A stretch of DNA of 64,000 bases from Eledone cirrhosa (Eukaryota). The position numbers and the translations under genes are program-made. Location: contig OZ024754.1 of NCBI GenBank assembly GCA_964016885.1, positions 19,282,001 to 19,346,000 of the forward strand, in the 5' to 3' direction. The notes below the pieces were generated by a model. It searched no databases and was not told where the DNA came from. It saw nothing but the letters and a program-made list of their open reading frames with translations. Below, one piece after another: positions 24,398 to 37,481 of the stretch (the stretch's first letter is position 1; each line of letters opens with the position of its first letter).

Positions 24398-24730
24398 TAA
24401 AACATAGTGAAATATTTGAAAAGTCTCCTCAAGAAATGCAAGAGTTTAACGGGCAAAAAATATATAAATAAAAGTAATGCAAGAGATATATAAAAAATAA
24501 GGAAATATAGTTAGGGTATGTGTATAAGTATGTATATACACTCACAAATGTACATATGTGTGTATGTACAATTGCATGTGTATGGTGAAAATGTGTGCGT
24601 AAGTACATATATGAGGGCAAGTATATTTGTGTATATGTGACCACAAATACGTATATAATATGAGTTGAAAAAGGAAATTGTAAGATAATATAGTTTACAC
24701 GCATCCAGATAATATAGTTAACACGCATCT

Positions 24731-26027
24731 ATTATTGAAGAGAATGTCATCTTGCATGCGAGAAACACTCTACTCTTTACTGATAATGACACTTGGGTAA
24801 AAATATCTAACCCGGAGAGCCCATTCGATGCCTCAATGGGTTCTTTTGACAGTGCTGATGTTTGTGATTTAGTCGGCCTATTCCTCCTACACACACTTAA
24901 AGAAAAATTCCCTAACCATATTTTTGGGCTTTATCGCGACGATGGTCTAATACTTTCCCATAGGCCATAACTTAGATAGTTTAAGGAAAGACTTAATAAA
25001 AACCTTCGCTAGTTTTAATCTTAAAATTACTATTGACACTAACCTTTCCAATGTTAATTTTCTAGATATAAACCTAGATCTGCCTACTGCTTCTTATAAA
25101 CCATACCATAAACCTAATGAAAATTTAAAATATATAAATAAAGGCTCTTGCCATCCTCCTATAGTTTTTAAAAACCTTATCCCTAATATTAGCCGTAGGA
25201 TCTCCACCCTCTCTTCCTCAGAAGCTATTTTCAATAAGGCCTCCCCCTACTATAATAAAGCCCTTCAAAATAGCGGATTTAGCGAACCGATTAAGTACAT
25301 ACCCATCAATACTAACTCTTTTAAACATAATAATAGGAAAAGAAAAATAATCTGGTTCACACACCCCTACTCTCTAGCAGTTAAAACTAATGTCGGCAAA
25401 ACATTCCTAGAGCTCTTAGATAAACATTTCCCTAGAACACATAGATACTATAAGATCCTCAATAGAAACTGTGTCAAAATTAGCTACTCCTGCGGTCCCC
25501 CTATAAAATCTTATATCATCAATAAGAAATCACCCAGAGAACATCAAAATTGCTCCTGTAGAGTCAAAAGTGAATTCCCATTACAAGGTAAATGCAACAC
25601 CAAAGCCATTGTATATGCGGCTAAAGTGACAACCATCAGCAACAACCAACCAGCCACCAGCGAACGATATGTGGGTATGACACAAGACAAATTCAAAACG
25701 CGTTATTACTCACATGTCGCATCTTTCCGACATCCAGAAAAAAGATTCACAACAGCTCTGGCTAGCAGAATATGGGATTTGAAAGACCAAGGTATCCAAT
25801 ATAAATTGGATTGGTCAATTTTGAACCAATCTAAAGAATATGCAAGAGGAACAAGAAGATGCACACTCTGCATAAGTGAAAAATATTGGATTTTACAGAA
25901 CCTTAAATCACCAAAAACCTGCCTAAATACAAAAACAGAAATGTTCACCAGTTGCCCACACATGAAATCACACTTGCTTTCCAGCTCATATAAACTTAAC
26001 TCACTTTCAGATACCTATCCTACATAA
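24731..26027 (+). pseudogene. PLE reverse transcriptase plus GIY-YIG endonuclease (Naiad clade), one frameshift near 24970
   Basis: FDASMGSFDSADVCDLVGL, GLYRDDGL, VNFLDINLDL, SCHPP, RKRKIIWFTHPY, CSCRVKSEFPLQGKC, AIVYAAKV..YVGMT..FKTRYYSH, CTLCISEK, LNTKTE..CPH. Confidence 0.92.
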
Positions 26028-27272
26028 ACTCTTATTCTTCACTTTCCTTAAATTATCCTCTTTACAGACGTCTCTTTCTGATTTACTTTCATTTTTAACT
26101 TTATTTTTAATTTTAATTTTATTTTTACTTCACATCCACCAGTAACCCCTACTTTTCGATTCACTTACCTAATATCTTCACATTCCACATTTTACTTCCC
26201 CATTTTCTTTCACTACCTGATATGAAATGTCACTTGCGTTTTCCACTTCAGATATATTTTGTTGTTTCGCAGCCGATTTTATATTTGTACTCATTCATTA
26301 ATACGGCTAGTTTATAATCTGTATCTATGCGTATGTGCATATGTGTGTATATGTGTGTATACGTTCTGTATATGTATACGAACGCCTCCGTATGTGTGCG
26401 TGCGTACGTATATATAGTTGTGTGTATGTGTGTTTTTATATCTATGTTTTTTATATCTATGTTTTTTACATACTTATTTATACGTGTGTGTATGCGGGTG
26501 AATGTATGTGTATGTGTATGTATATATGTGTATATGTATATGTATGTATGGGTGTGTATGTATATATGTATATACATATATAGTCGCGTACGTACGTGTC
26601 ATTAGATATACATGTGGCGATATATATATATACGTGCCTCGTGTGTATGTATGTACGCATGCATGCGCTTTTGTCTGTACGTATTTGTGTGTATAAATAT
26701 TTATATATATATATATATGTGTGTGTATATGCGTACCTATGTTTGTTTTTCTCTAGTGTTAATTGATTACTTTCTCTTTGATTTAAAATTTTTTTTCATT
26801 CTCATATATTGTTTCATTTTTATACATATATCGAGAATGACACTTCTTTTTACTATTACACTCCCTTTCCTCTTTATCTTCCGCATATAAGTGGCCGCGC
26901 GCGTGTGTGTGTGTGTTTATATGCGTGCTTTCATACTCGTATGTGTATTTAATACCTGTATCTGGATGCTTGTTAACTATATTATCTTACAATTTCCTTT
27001 TTCAACTCATATTATATACGTATTTGTGGTCACATATACACAAATATACTTGCCCTCATATATGTACTTATGCACACATTTTCACCATACACATGCATTT
27101 GTACTTACACACATATGTACATTTGTGAGTGTATATACATACTTATACACATACCCTAACTATATTTCCTTATTTTTTTATATATCTCTTGCATTACTTT
27201 TATTTATATATTTTTGCCCGTTAAACTCTTGCATTTCTTGAGGAGACTTTTCAAATATTTCACTATGTTTTA

Positions 27273-27350
27273 AATTGCCTTGTCCGACGAACGAATGAGC
27301 ACGTTTTTCGTATTCGTCTTATTCGGGAAACCTCTGGTAATGAGGTAATT
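27273..27350 (+). ncRNA. Type I HHR (U4C core variant)
   Basis: aattgccttgt-CCGACGA-acgaatgag..cttattcgg-GAAA-cctctgg-TA-atgaggtaatt; 11-bp helix I including G-U pairs. Confidence 0.75.
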
Positions 27351-27360
27351 ATATTGTATT

Positions 27361-27409
<49 letters not shown>

Positions 27410-27500
27410 AATGTTCTATTTAAATTGTTGGGATACAACAAGCAAATATTATTATAACTGTATAAGTGATATAAAGCACTCGACAAATATTTGGAGTAGA

Positions 27501-27933
27501 TATACAATATTAATAAATGGAAACTATATTTATAAAACCATATTTATTTCATTATATATATTTCAAGGATACCAAGTTAAATCATGGTATGCCTTCATCA
27601 GACAAAATACAATATATAACAGTTTTACAAATAGATATTGACGTACCCTTTCTTTATCTATCTTTCCCTTTCTTTTTCTCCACGTTTCTCTCTATCTCTC
27701 CATCTTTTTACTTACTCTTAACACTATGACTCACTAAAGTAAACAAACCACTATCTGGATGGCCTCCAAAAAACAACGGTCACCTTTTTCAAAGGGTACG
27801 TCAATATCTATTTGTAAAACTGTTATATATTGTATTTTGTCTGATGAAGGCATACCATGATTTAACTGGGTATACTTGAAATATATATAATGAAATAAAT
27901 ATGGTTTTATAAATATAGTTTCCATTTATTAAT

Positions 27934-27941
<8 letters not shown>
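27501..27941. mobile_element. HHR fold-back: ~150-bp inverted arms (27501-27651 and 27791-27941) around a ~140-bp spacer
   Basis: Arms are near-perfect reverse complements; HHR at 27545-27609 (-) and 27833-27897 (+). Confidence 0.85.
27833..27897 (+). ncRNA. Type I minimal HHR (AUA site); inverted twin at 27545-27609
   Basis: tattttgt-CTGATGA-aggcatacc..ggtatactt-GAAA-tatata-TA-atgaaata. Confidence 0.8.
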
Positions 27942-28021
<80 letters not shown>

Positions 28022-28028
28022 CATACAC

Positions 28029-28093
<65 letters not shown>

Positions 28094-28140
28094 TATATAT
28101 ATATATACTCATATATACATATATATACACACACACACAT

Positions 28141-28203
<63 letters not shown>

Positions 28204-28332
28204 CATATAAATATACACATATATAAACATATAAAACATATACAAACACATCTACAGAAATACACATATGTACGCATATACAAAATACATAAACACATAC
28301 ACAAATGTATATATATATATATATATATATAT

Positions 28333-29357
28333 TCGAAAAACTTAAAGAATTTCACACCCTTATAAATGGGCTCAACACAAATATTAACTTCACGATGGAA
28401 TACAGCCATCAACAACTCCCCTTCCTCGACATCCTCATTAAGATCCATAACAAAAAAATAGAAACAGACATATACTACAAGCCCACCGACTCCAAGCAAT
28501 ATCTCCCCTTCAACTCTTGCCACCTTAGACACGTTAAAATTAATATTCCCTACAACTTAGCCAAGAGAATCTGTACTATAGTCTCCAATAAAAACATCTG
28601 CTACTTACGGCTACAAGAACTAAAGGACACACTCATAGGCAGGGACTACCCTGCATCACTAATTGACAATGGAATCCAACGTGCCCTAAAACTCAGTACC
28701 CAGGACTTTAGACACCCTAAAGTAAATCAACCAAAACTAAAAGCTCTTCCATACATCTCCACACACAACCCCCTCAACAATGAGGCCTTTGACACCATCC
28801 TCCAGAACATCCCTGTATTAAAAAAGGACCATAGAATGAACCAAATTCTACGAACACACGATATCATAAAGAGCAAAAGACAATCCAAGTCAATGAAAAA
28901 CATCTTAACACATGCCAAAGTACTGCCAACCACAACAACGAAACCCACAGTAAAAAAATGCGATAGACCCAACTGTGGCATTTGCATCAACCTAATAGAG
29001 GGTTCGGAATTCTATTTCAAAGATGGACAACGTTTTATAGTAAAACACAATTTCACATGTGCATCGGAAAATCTAATATATGTATTAACTTGTTCAGGTT
29101 GTCGAGAACAATACATAGGCCAGACCAAAAACAGCCTCCGCCAACGCATGACTGTCCATAGATCCCAAATTAAAATACGGGAATACAGGAAAATACCACT
29201 GAGTGAACACATTGATACCTGTGCCGATCAAAATCATCCCAACTTCAGAATCTTTCCCCTCTACAAATTTAAAGATAATGCCACCCACACCCAGCGCATC
29301 AGCAAGAAATCTTACTTCATTAACAAATACGGACCCCGTCTAAACACTTCTCCCTAA
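28333..29357 (+). pseudogene. PLE 5'-truncated ORF: RT thumb, Cys-rich linker and GIY-YIG (Neptune-like)
   Basis: [29 protein letters not shown], linker CDRPNCGIC..FTC, and NLIYVLTCSGCREQYIGQT..LRQRMTVH. The N-terminal MYIYI is microsatellite. Confidence 0.92.
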
Positions 29358-29927
29358 GACGAATCCACAACATACACACGTCAACGTACATATCTACATC
29401 AGCACACATCTCTACCCACATATAAACACAATGACACACGTAAACACACATGCTCTATGGTGCAATACAAAAAAATATATGTGCATATATATGTATGTAT
29501 ATATGTATATATATATATATATATATGTAGTGAATATATGTATGTGTGTATATATATATAGTGAATATCATTTCACACCTTTTATTGTTAAGATTTTTGA
29601 TGTTCTATTAAGAGAACCGATTTTACTGAAAAAATCGAATAATGTACACCATTTTACCAGGGGGGAAAAATACTGGTCCCCCCCCCCACACACACACATA
29701 TATACACAAACACATACACACGCGTACATCAACATACAAATAGACTTATACACACACACACACACATGCACTTCTCCGTATAAGACAAAAGCTGAAAAAT
29801 ATCTTTTGACCTTCGAATGACTCTGCTATACACACACACACACTTATCTTAATAGCCATTTGACACACATCGCTGCTGGCCATTGTCGCAGCATTGAACA
29901 CCTTACTACTACTACTACACACACACA

Positions 29928-29974
<47 letters not shown>

Positions 29975-30458
29975 ACACACACACACATATTTGTTGTGAA
30001 AGAGTCATTTCTCAATCTTGGCGCAAAACCAATTTTTTATCCACATGACCTCTACCGACCAATCAAAATTGTTTTGACCAAGAATTTTTGCTGGAGCCAC
30101 TTTTTTAACATAAAAACAGTCTTGCGCAAAATCAACTTTTTACATTCACATGACCTCTACCGACCAATCAAAATTGTTTTGAACACAAGCATTTTTGCAA
30201 CACAAAAATAACGCTGGAGCCACTTTTTTAACATAAAAACAGGTAGAATTCCCAAAACTAATCAGATCAGAGCAAACAGCACGGACACTCTATCTCAAAA
30301 TAATTTTTGAAAAGCATTTAGAAATGCGCAACCGGTAAAAACTTAAAAACTTAAAACCACAACTGAATACTAACCCATACAGTCACTAATACTCTTTTAT
30401 TCCTAATTAAACCATTTTTCAACTGTGAACAATTTGTCAGCATTTTCTATTCCGTTTA

Positions 30459-30507
<49 letters not shown>

Positions 30508-30615
30508 TTGTGTATGTGTTTATGTATTTTGTATATGCGTACATATGTGTATTTCTGTAGATGTGTTTGTATATGTGGTTGTATATGTTTATATATGTGT
30601 ATATTTATATGTATG

Positions 30616-30646
<31 letters not shown>

Positions 30647-30756
30647 GTGTGTGTGTATATATATATGTACATATGTATATATATATATGTGTGTGTGTGT
30701 GAGTGTATATGTATATGTATATATACACACACACGTACACACACACATACACACAT

Positions 30757-30814
<58 letters not shown>

Positions 30815-30892
30815 GCATGTGTGTATGTATATGTATATATATATATATATATATACATATACATACACACACACACATATATACGTACATAC

Positions 30893-30965
<73 letters not shown>

Positions 30966-31053
30966 CACATATACACACACATATATATATACATATATTT
31001 ATTATACATGCATATACATATATATATATATACATATACATATATACACACAT

Positions 31054-31300
31054 TATAGAATTCTTTCTGCCTTTGTCACTCTAAATATAAATTATAGCCT
31101 TAAAGAATTAGCTTTTAATGAATTCCCTTTTCTTTCAACCAACCCATCCCACTCCCCACCCTCTCCTACCACCTGAAAAGATATAAATACCACAACATTT
31201 ATTTTTGGAAAGCCTGATTCCTGATGATTTCTAAAGAATGAAACAGTTCTAGTCCTGTAGAATCTCATCTATATTAAAACTTTTATACTCTGCTATGTAT
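31054..31300 (+). mobile_element. PLE pLTR-type right arm with an HHR at 31216-31264
   Basis: gattc-CTGATGA-tttctaaagaat-GAAA-cag..ctg-TA-gaatc; inverted twin of 23569-23798. Confidence 0.8.
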
Positions 31301-31750
31301 TGAGTACCTTACTTACTGTGGTTACCTCCGATTCAACCCGGAATAACGTATATATATATATATATGTGTGTGTGTATGTAGGTATTGTAGGTACATTGTA
31401 TCTATAACAAATCCCCTCTTCCCTCTATGTATGCGTGTGCATATATGTGTTTGGGAATGTATATGTGTGTATGAGTGCATGTATGTAAGCAGGTACGTAT
31501 ATATATATGTATTATGTATACGTATATATGTATGTACTATGTATGCATGCATATATGTATGCATACGAAATGTACATCATCTTCAGGGAAGTGAAATTAA
31601 AATGCAATGAGTAGTTTTCTGATTTTCCACGTCATTAAACTTCCAATTTATTTGTATTGAAGCAGTCATTTCAGATTAGGAAGACTAATACGTTCATATC
31701 TCGCATTTATTTGTCATACAGACCCGTTTTTAATATATTAATCTTCTCAT

Positions 31751-32050
31751 GGTGGTGGATTGGTAGTAGAATCGGTAGAGCATTGGACAACTTGCTTTGC
31801 GGCATATAGTTACGGTCCTTTACTTTCTGAGTTCAAATCCTGCCGAGGTTAGCTTTGCATTTCATCCTTATAAGGTCGATAAAATACAGTATCAGTAACG
31901 CACCGGGGTCGATTTAATCGACTTTCCCCTCCCCAAAATGTTCAGTAAACTGGAGTAACGTGAAATAAAGTGTCTTGCCCAAGGACACAACACACCGCCC
32001 GGTTCGAGAATCGAACTCATAACTTCACAATTGCAAGACCAATACCATGC
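31751..32050. mobile_element. SINE (+, 31751-31940) abutting a second-family SINE (-, ~31950-32050)
   Basis: SINE core, followed by the reverse complement of gagttcgattctcgaaccgggcggtgtgttgtgtccttgggcaagacactttatttcac. Confidence 0.82.
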
Positions 32051-32569
32051 ACTTTTACACATACACACAAATACATACATATATACATATATATATAACA
32101 CCTAAAAGTACAGTTTACATTTAGTAATATATATAAACCAAGTGATTGTCAATACCTTTAGTATTTCTTTTCACACGATTGTTCCTTTCCCCACACAATT
32201 GCCGTCATTATACAGTCACCAAACCTCCTCCTACTAGTTTTACAACATTTTCACATTTGTCATCAAATTGTTTTCTTTTGAGGATTGTTGTTGTAATTAT
32301 GGTAAAGGAATCCCGGTGATTTATGTTGTTGTTGTTAAATCCAAGGTGTATATCTCTCAGAGACACCCTAGAAAAATTACCGATTTTCCACCACCACCAT
32401 CCCCCGCTTATTCCACTTCCAACCCCTATTTTGGAGGATCCGAGAGTAAGTAACAGTGACATGTAAGAAGACACTAGTGACATCTCAATTGCAATATTCA
32501 AACCATGAGTGGTTAGCTACAAATAGCTGTTTTGTATGTCTCAGTTTGGTTGGCCTGATCTTAGTGACT

Positions 32570-32850
32570 ACAGCATGACCGAATGGTTAAGCCGACCGCT
32601 TTGCAATGGAAAGGTCATGGATTCGATACCTGAGGCGGACATCTCGGGCAAGTGCAGTTTAACATCACTTCGGATCGGCCTTGTGTCTTACGTTTGAAAC
32701 TGGATGTACGTAAACTATTTGGAAACCGGTCAGATGAACTGTACCTATTTTCAAATGGCCAGCCTTGTTACACACTGTGTCATGCAGAATCTCCCCGAGA
32801 AATACATCAAGGTGTCCGTGAAATGCTTAGGCACTTGCATGTTAAAACTC
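32570..32850 (+). mobile_element. Degenerate tRNA-headed SINE (second family)
   Basis: A/B-box-like tgaccgaatggttaag..ggattcgatacc, and a ggccagccttgttacac tail shared with 43680. Confidence 0.6.
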
Positions 32851-33552
32851 CCATCATAATGTTTTGAAAGAACCTTTGTTAAATCATGTTCTAAAAGCCA
32901 ATTTAATGAAAAAAGTAATTGTATTACTAAATTCTTTCAAATTCCGGATTATTTTCGAAATGATTTGAAAATGACAGGCAATGTCCCTCATTGGAAATAT
33001 GGCAACAAAAGGGTTAAAGTATTGGGTCCTTAGGTATGAAGTGACCGATTTCCTGAGGCACTTTCAATTTTGGAATCGGACATTTCATACTTGATGACCT
33101 GATAGTAACTGGTTTGGTTTTTGTTATTGATTCAATCAACCTGAAAAAAGCCTTAACCTAAAAGAATGTCTGTGTCGAGTAAAATGAGATATTTTTTATG
33201 TTTTTTTTGTTGTTATTTTTTACTTTCTACCGGAAGCTGGGAGCACCTGAAAAACCATCAGATAAACATCTTACTCCTTCTACCGTGTACTGTAATATCT
33301 ACCATGTTTTATGCTGTTGATAGTTCTTCTTCTTCCCTTACCAAAAAATTATTTAGAATTGAAAAGCTAAGACGCACACAGATAGGCGAGCACACACACA
33401 CACACCACACACGCACCCCCCACACACACACACATGTAGAGAGAGACATATATATGAATTAAAAAGTGACAAAGGCGCTGTGTGGTTACTCATAAATATT
33501 ATTTAGAAAACGTAAGAGAAACACAAACATAAACGCAAGGACAACTTCCGGT

Positions 33553-33591
<39 letters not shown>

Positions 33592-33683
33592 AAAATTAAA
33601 ATTAAGGGATGTCATGTCTGAGAGACATACGCCATATTCACCGTAAAATAAGCTCAAAGGTTAGATCCGAGCATTACATATCA

Positions 33684-34020
33684 ACTAGAAATAGATTGAC
33701 ATATATATATATATAAAATAAATACATGAAACAACCACAGCGAATAATTTGTAAAGAATGTAGGCACACATAGCTAGGTAGGTAACTAATTATAGGTAGG
33801 TAACTAATTAAAGTTTGACTAGAACTTCAAATATAGATACCTTTTAAAATGATTAATCTCCTTTGATTTTAAAAGCTATCTATATTTGAAGTTCTAGTCA
33901 AACTTTAATTAGTTACCTACCTAGCTATGTGTGCCTACATTCTTTACAAATTATTCGGTGTGATTGTTTCATGTATTTATTTTATATATATATATATATA
34001 TATGTCAATCTATTTCTAGT
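33684..34020. repeat. Fold-back palindrome with ~160-bp arms and a ~20-nt loop
   Basis: actagaaatagattgac... and ...gtcaatctatttctagt; the left arm has an extra taggtaggtaactaatta duplication. Confidence 0.9.
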
Positions 34021-34472
34021 ATATATTTATATATATAAACATGGGAAGAAAGAGGAAAACTGCATGGTTGGACATGGGTTACATATTATAAAATTAGTCC
34101 CTCATCAGTGATTTGCCAACCATCATTGGTATTTCATCGCATTAAAAATCATATACCTCAGGTTGGTGCGAGCAATAACTAAAATAAGCTATTGGGACAA
34201 GTGAATCGCGTAAAGCGAGTGAGACAAGTAAACAACAAGAAGGAAAAGCAAACCGAAGGTAGGAAAAAAGGAAGCAGCATGATGGTTATCGGATCAGCAT
34301 AATCTGGGTGAATTTCATGAGCGGTCAGTAACAGACCGTTTGACGTGAATGAGATGTGAGAAAGAAAGAATCCCACTACTAACGAACGGGAGGAAGTGAA
34401 AAGGGGAGAAACAGAGAGTGAGTGAGTGGAAGTGCGAGGTAGAGGTCAGTCGAGAGAAAGTGTAACTGACAG

Positions 34473-34561
<89 letters not shown>

Positions 34562-34602
34562 CAAGAAACGAAGCAGGCTGTGTGGTTACTGTAAACAAAG
34601 TT

Positions 34603-34979
34603 TAAGATGGTAATATAGACGGAACAAGAGAAGAAACCCTTCATCAGCTGTTAACTGCGATCATAGATGTTTCGGCGCTTAAAACAGGACATCGAAATCG
34701 ATCAGCAGCACGCCCAAGGCCTTTTATCAATCAAAAGGCCACGAGGGAAAGAAAAGAAAACATAGTTTACCTCGTTTTTTCCTCTTTCTTTTTTTCTCTT
34801 TGTTACTCTCTCTTCACTGTGTTTTCTTTTCTTTCCCTCATGGCCTTTTGATTGATAAAAGGCATTGAGCGAGCTGCTGATCGATTTCGATGTCCTGTTT
34901 TAAGCGCCGAAACATCTATGATCGCAGTTAACAGCTGATGAAGGATTTCTTCTCTTGTTCCGTCTATATTACCATCTTA
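34603..34979. repeat. Fold-back with ~160-bp arms (34603-34762 and 34820-34979) and a pyrimidine-rich spacer
   Basis: Arms are reverse complements with few mismatches; lies between (TA)n tracts. Confidence 0.9.
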
Positions 34980-35025
<46 letters not shown>

Positions 35026-35155
35026 TGAGAGGGGGCGGTATGTCATGAAGAATGATGGAGAGGAAAAATACTATCAGCGGCCAAATGATGAAAGACAAGA
35101 CAAAAAATTGCCTTTCTAGTTTATTATAAATACAATATGTATGCATGTTTATATA

Positions 35156-35206
<51 letters not shown>

Positions 35207-35207
35207 C

Positions 35208-35264
<57 letters not shown>

Positions 35265-35590
35265 ATATATGTGCGTGTGTGTGTATCTATATATATATAT
35301 GTATGTTTTTATATATTTATATATATATATTACTATTATTATTCTTATTATTATTAGGCTAATCGTTGGTCGTCAGTTACAAAACAGACAATGGTAGACA
35401 AAGTCTGAGAAATATTTATTTAGAGCAAAATATATTGTATAAATATTACATTTAGAGCTATCAAGCTAGGAAATGATAAAATCGTTTGTGACATTTCAAA
35501 AGAACTCATATTATAGCTTTTCATACAGTATTCACGTGAAAATGGGTTGTTACAGCTCTTATTGGTTAGCGTATATATATATAAAACTTT

Positions 35591-35621
<31 letters not shown>

Positions 35622-35623
35622 CG

Positions 35624-35666
<43 letters not shown>

Positions 35667-35668
<2 letters not shown>

Positions 35669-35852
35669 TAGCTGAGGTACCCAGCGTCGCCAAGGTTAAC
35701 AAATGATAAGACAAGACCGGCAGAAGAGGAAATATCTGTATTGAATGTATTGTCTTGTTTACAGTGTGTGTGTGTGTTTGTGTGTGTTTGTGTGTGTTTG
35801 TGCGTATATATATGTGTGTGCGTGTTCGTGTGTGTATATATATATGTGTGTG

Positions 35853-35905
<53 letters not shown>

Positions 35906-36218
35906 TTGTGTGAGTGTGTGTGTGTGTGTGTGTAAACCACCGTTTGAATCGGAGACAGGCCGTGAAACACGATCATCACTGATGACGAACTCGAGAGAGA
36001 ATCCCTTATGGTTGATTCCCAACCTGCTAGAAATAGCAGTCAGGTTGGTTAGCATACGTGGTATGTCTTTCTTCTTCTTTGGTGTTATAAAATTGGTATC
36101 AATAAACTTTCCTGGATATACTCTTATCCCAATCCTGTACATACTTTCCGATTGTCACATTTCGTTTTTTTCGTGTGATACGCGAAGGAACCAACCAACA
36201 AACATCTCTCTTTTATAT
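35667..36218 (-). mobile_element. Non-autonomous Helitron-like element (Lep1/HINE-like layout)
   Basis: Minus-strand 3' end has an imperfect GC hairpin then CTAG-T next to (TA)n; internal (TG)n; far end caaccaacaaacatctctcttttatat. Confidence 0.55.
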
Positions 36219-36941
36219 CTCTTTTATTTGTCCATTCAAAATATTTTTCAGCTTATTCTGTCGTACAATATACATCAGCAATCGTTATCTAATGTTTAAA
36301 ACATATGAATAGCTGCGATATATGTACCATATCAATAAAAAACGATATGAGAATTGAATAAAGCGCCAGTAAGCTTGCTAAGAATCTGCAGATAGAAATT
36401 TTAATAAATATAACATTTGGCTTGAGCAAACTTTAAGATGTTCTTTCATTGTAGGTTTCTTTTCTCAGCCAGTACGTTAAAGAAAATTGATAGTTGCAAC
36501 AATAAAGGTTGAACAGAGAACAAATGTTTTAACAAACTTTACAATAATTTGTACAACCATAATGGAAATTCCAAGTAACAGAAAATACATAAATTACATT
36601 GTTAGAGCCTCAGACTATACAATATTTTTTGTTCGGCCCTCGGGAGCAAAGATGAAGAGATTGTTTGGCGAGCATACAATTGACTATGGTTTTCCCAGAT
36701 GAAGGCCAGCCAATTTTAGGGTTTGACCCTGAGCTTTGTTGATGGTAATCGCGAAGCTTAGTCTCTCTATTGCTCTAGTAACATTTTTTCTTCTGGAAAA
36801 TCTGATCTTGCAGCCAGGCTAGGACTTTTGGGTGGCATATCGGCAGTAACAACGACGATAAGCCGTCTGTGCTTTCGTCAAATAAATACGTTTGTTTATA
36901 TTTTGTTTTTGTGTATGCAAAAATATATGTACACGAATATA

Positions 36942-37007
<66 letters not shown>

Positions 37008-37010
37008 TAA

Positions 37011-37084
37011 CAGATTAAAGTTTAAGCAAAGAATCGCTGCTTTCACCCTTAACGGGATCTTCTGAAACTAAAAAAATCAATCTG
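37011..37084 (-). ncRNA. Type I HHR (U4A core variant) with extended helix I
   Basis: Minus strand reads cagattg..agttt-CAGAAGA-tcccgttaagggt-GAAA-gca..tgc-TT-aaact-ttaatctg; all three helices pair. Confidence 0.65.
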
Positions 37085-37224
37085 TGAACGTAGAAGTAAA
37101 TATTTCGAAAAACGTTGCAGCCGAAAGAAAATAGGAAGATGATACTTTGGTTCGTGAAGACGTTAGGAATATCGTATAACCGGAAGTGCTGACATTTGAA
37201 AATTTTAAAGAAGTGAATATTTAA

Positions 37225-37411
37225 ATAATTGTTTCTACTTTTGGCATAAGGCCAGCAATTACCCAGTACATTACTGGTACTTTATTTTATCGACCCCGTA
37301 TGGATGAAAGGCAAAGTTAACCTCGGCGGGATTTGAACTCAGATCATAAAGGGACGTAACTATGTTGGAAAGCATATCCGACTCTCTACCGATACTGCCA
37401 ATTCACCGCCC
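37225..37411 (-). mobile_element. Octopus-type SINE
   Basis: Reverse complement of the SINE consensus seen at 43075. Confidence 0.88.
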
Positions 37412-37481
37412 TCTGGAATACTGCCAATACTGGAATTGAACCATCAAGACCGTTCAGGTATTTCATACATCAATTCATGTA

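Larger units (their letters stand above)
24219..27366 (+). mobile_element. Naiad-type PLE: inverted pLTR (24219-24730), 5'-truncated RT-GIY-YIG ORF, 3' UTR and pLTR (~26960-27366)
   Basis: 24305-24710 is the reverse complement of 26960-27366; an HHR in each copy; inserted in (TA)n. Confidence 0.9.

Noticed and set aside
25550-26300. Selenoprotein-type Naiad
   Set aside because: The conserved Cys positions I read are TGC/TGT (one TTC). I saw no in-frame TGA and no convincing SECIS.
31575-35990. Isolated CTGANGA words at ~31580, ~34102 and ~35980
   Set aside because: There is no correctly placed GAAA or helix I, so these were not counted as ribozymes.
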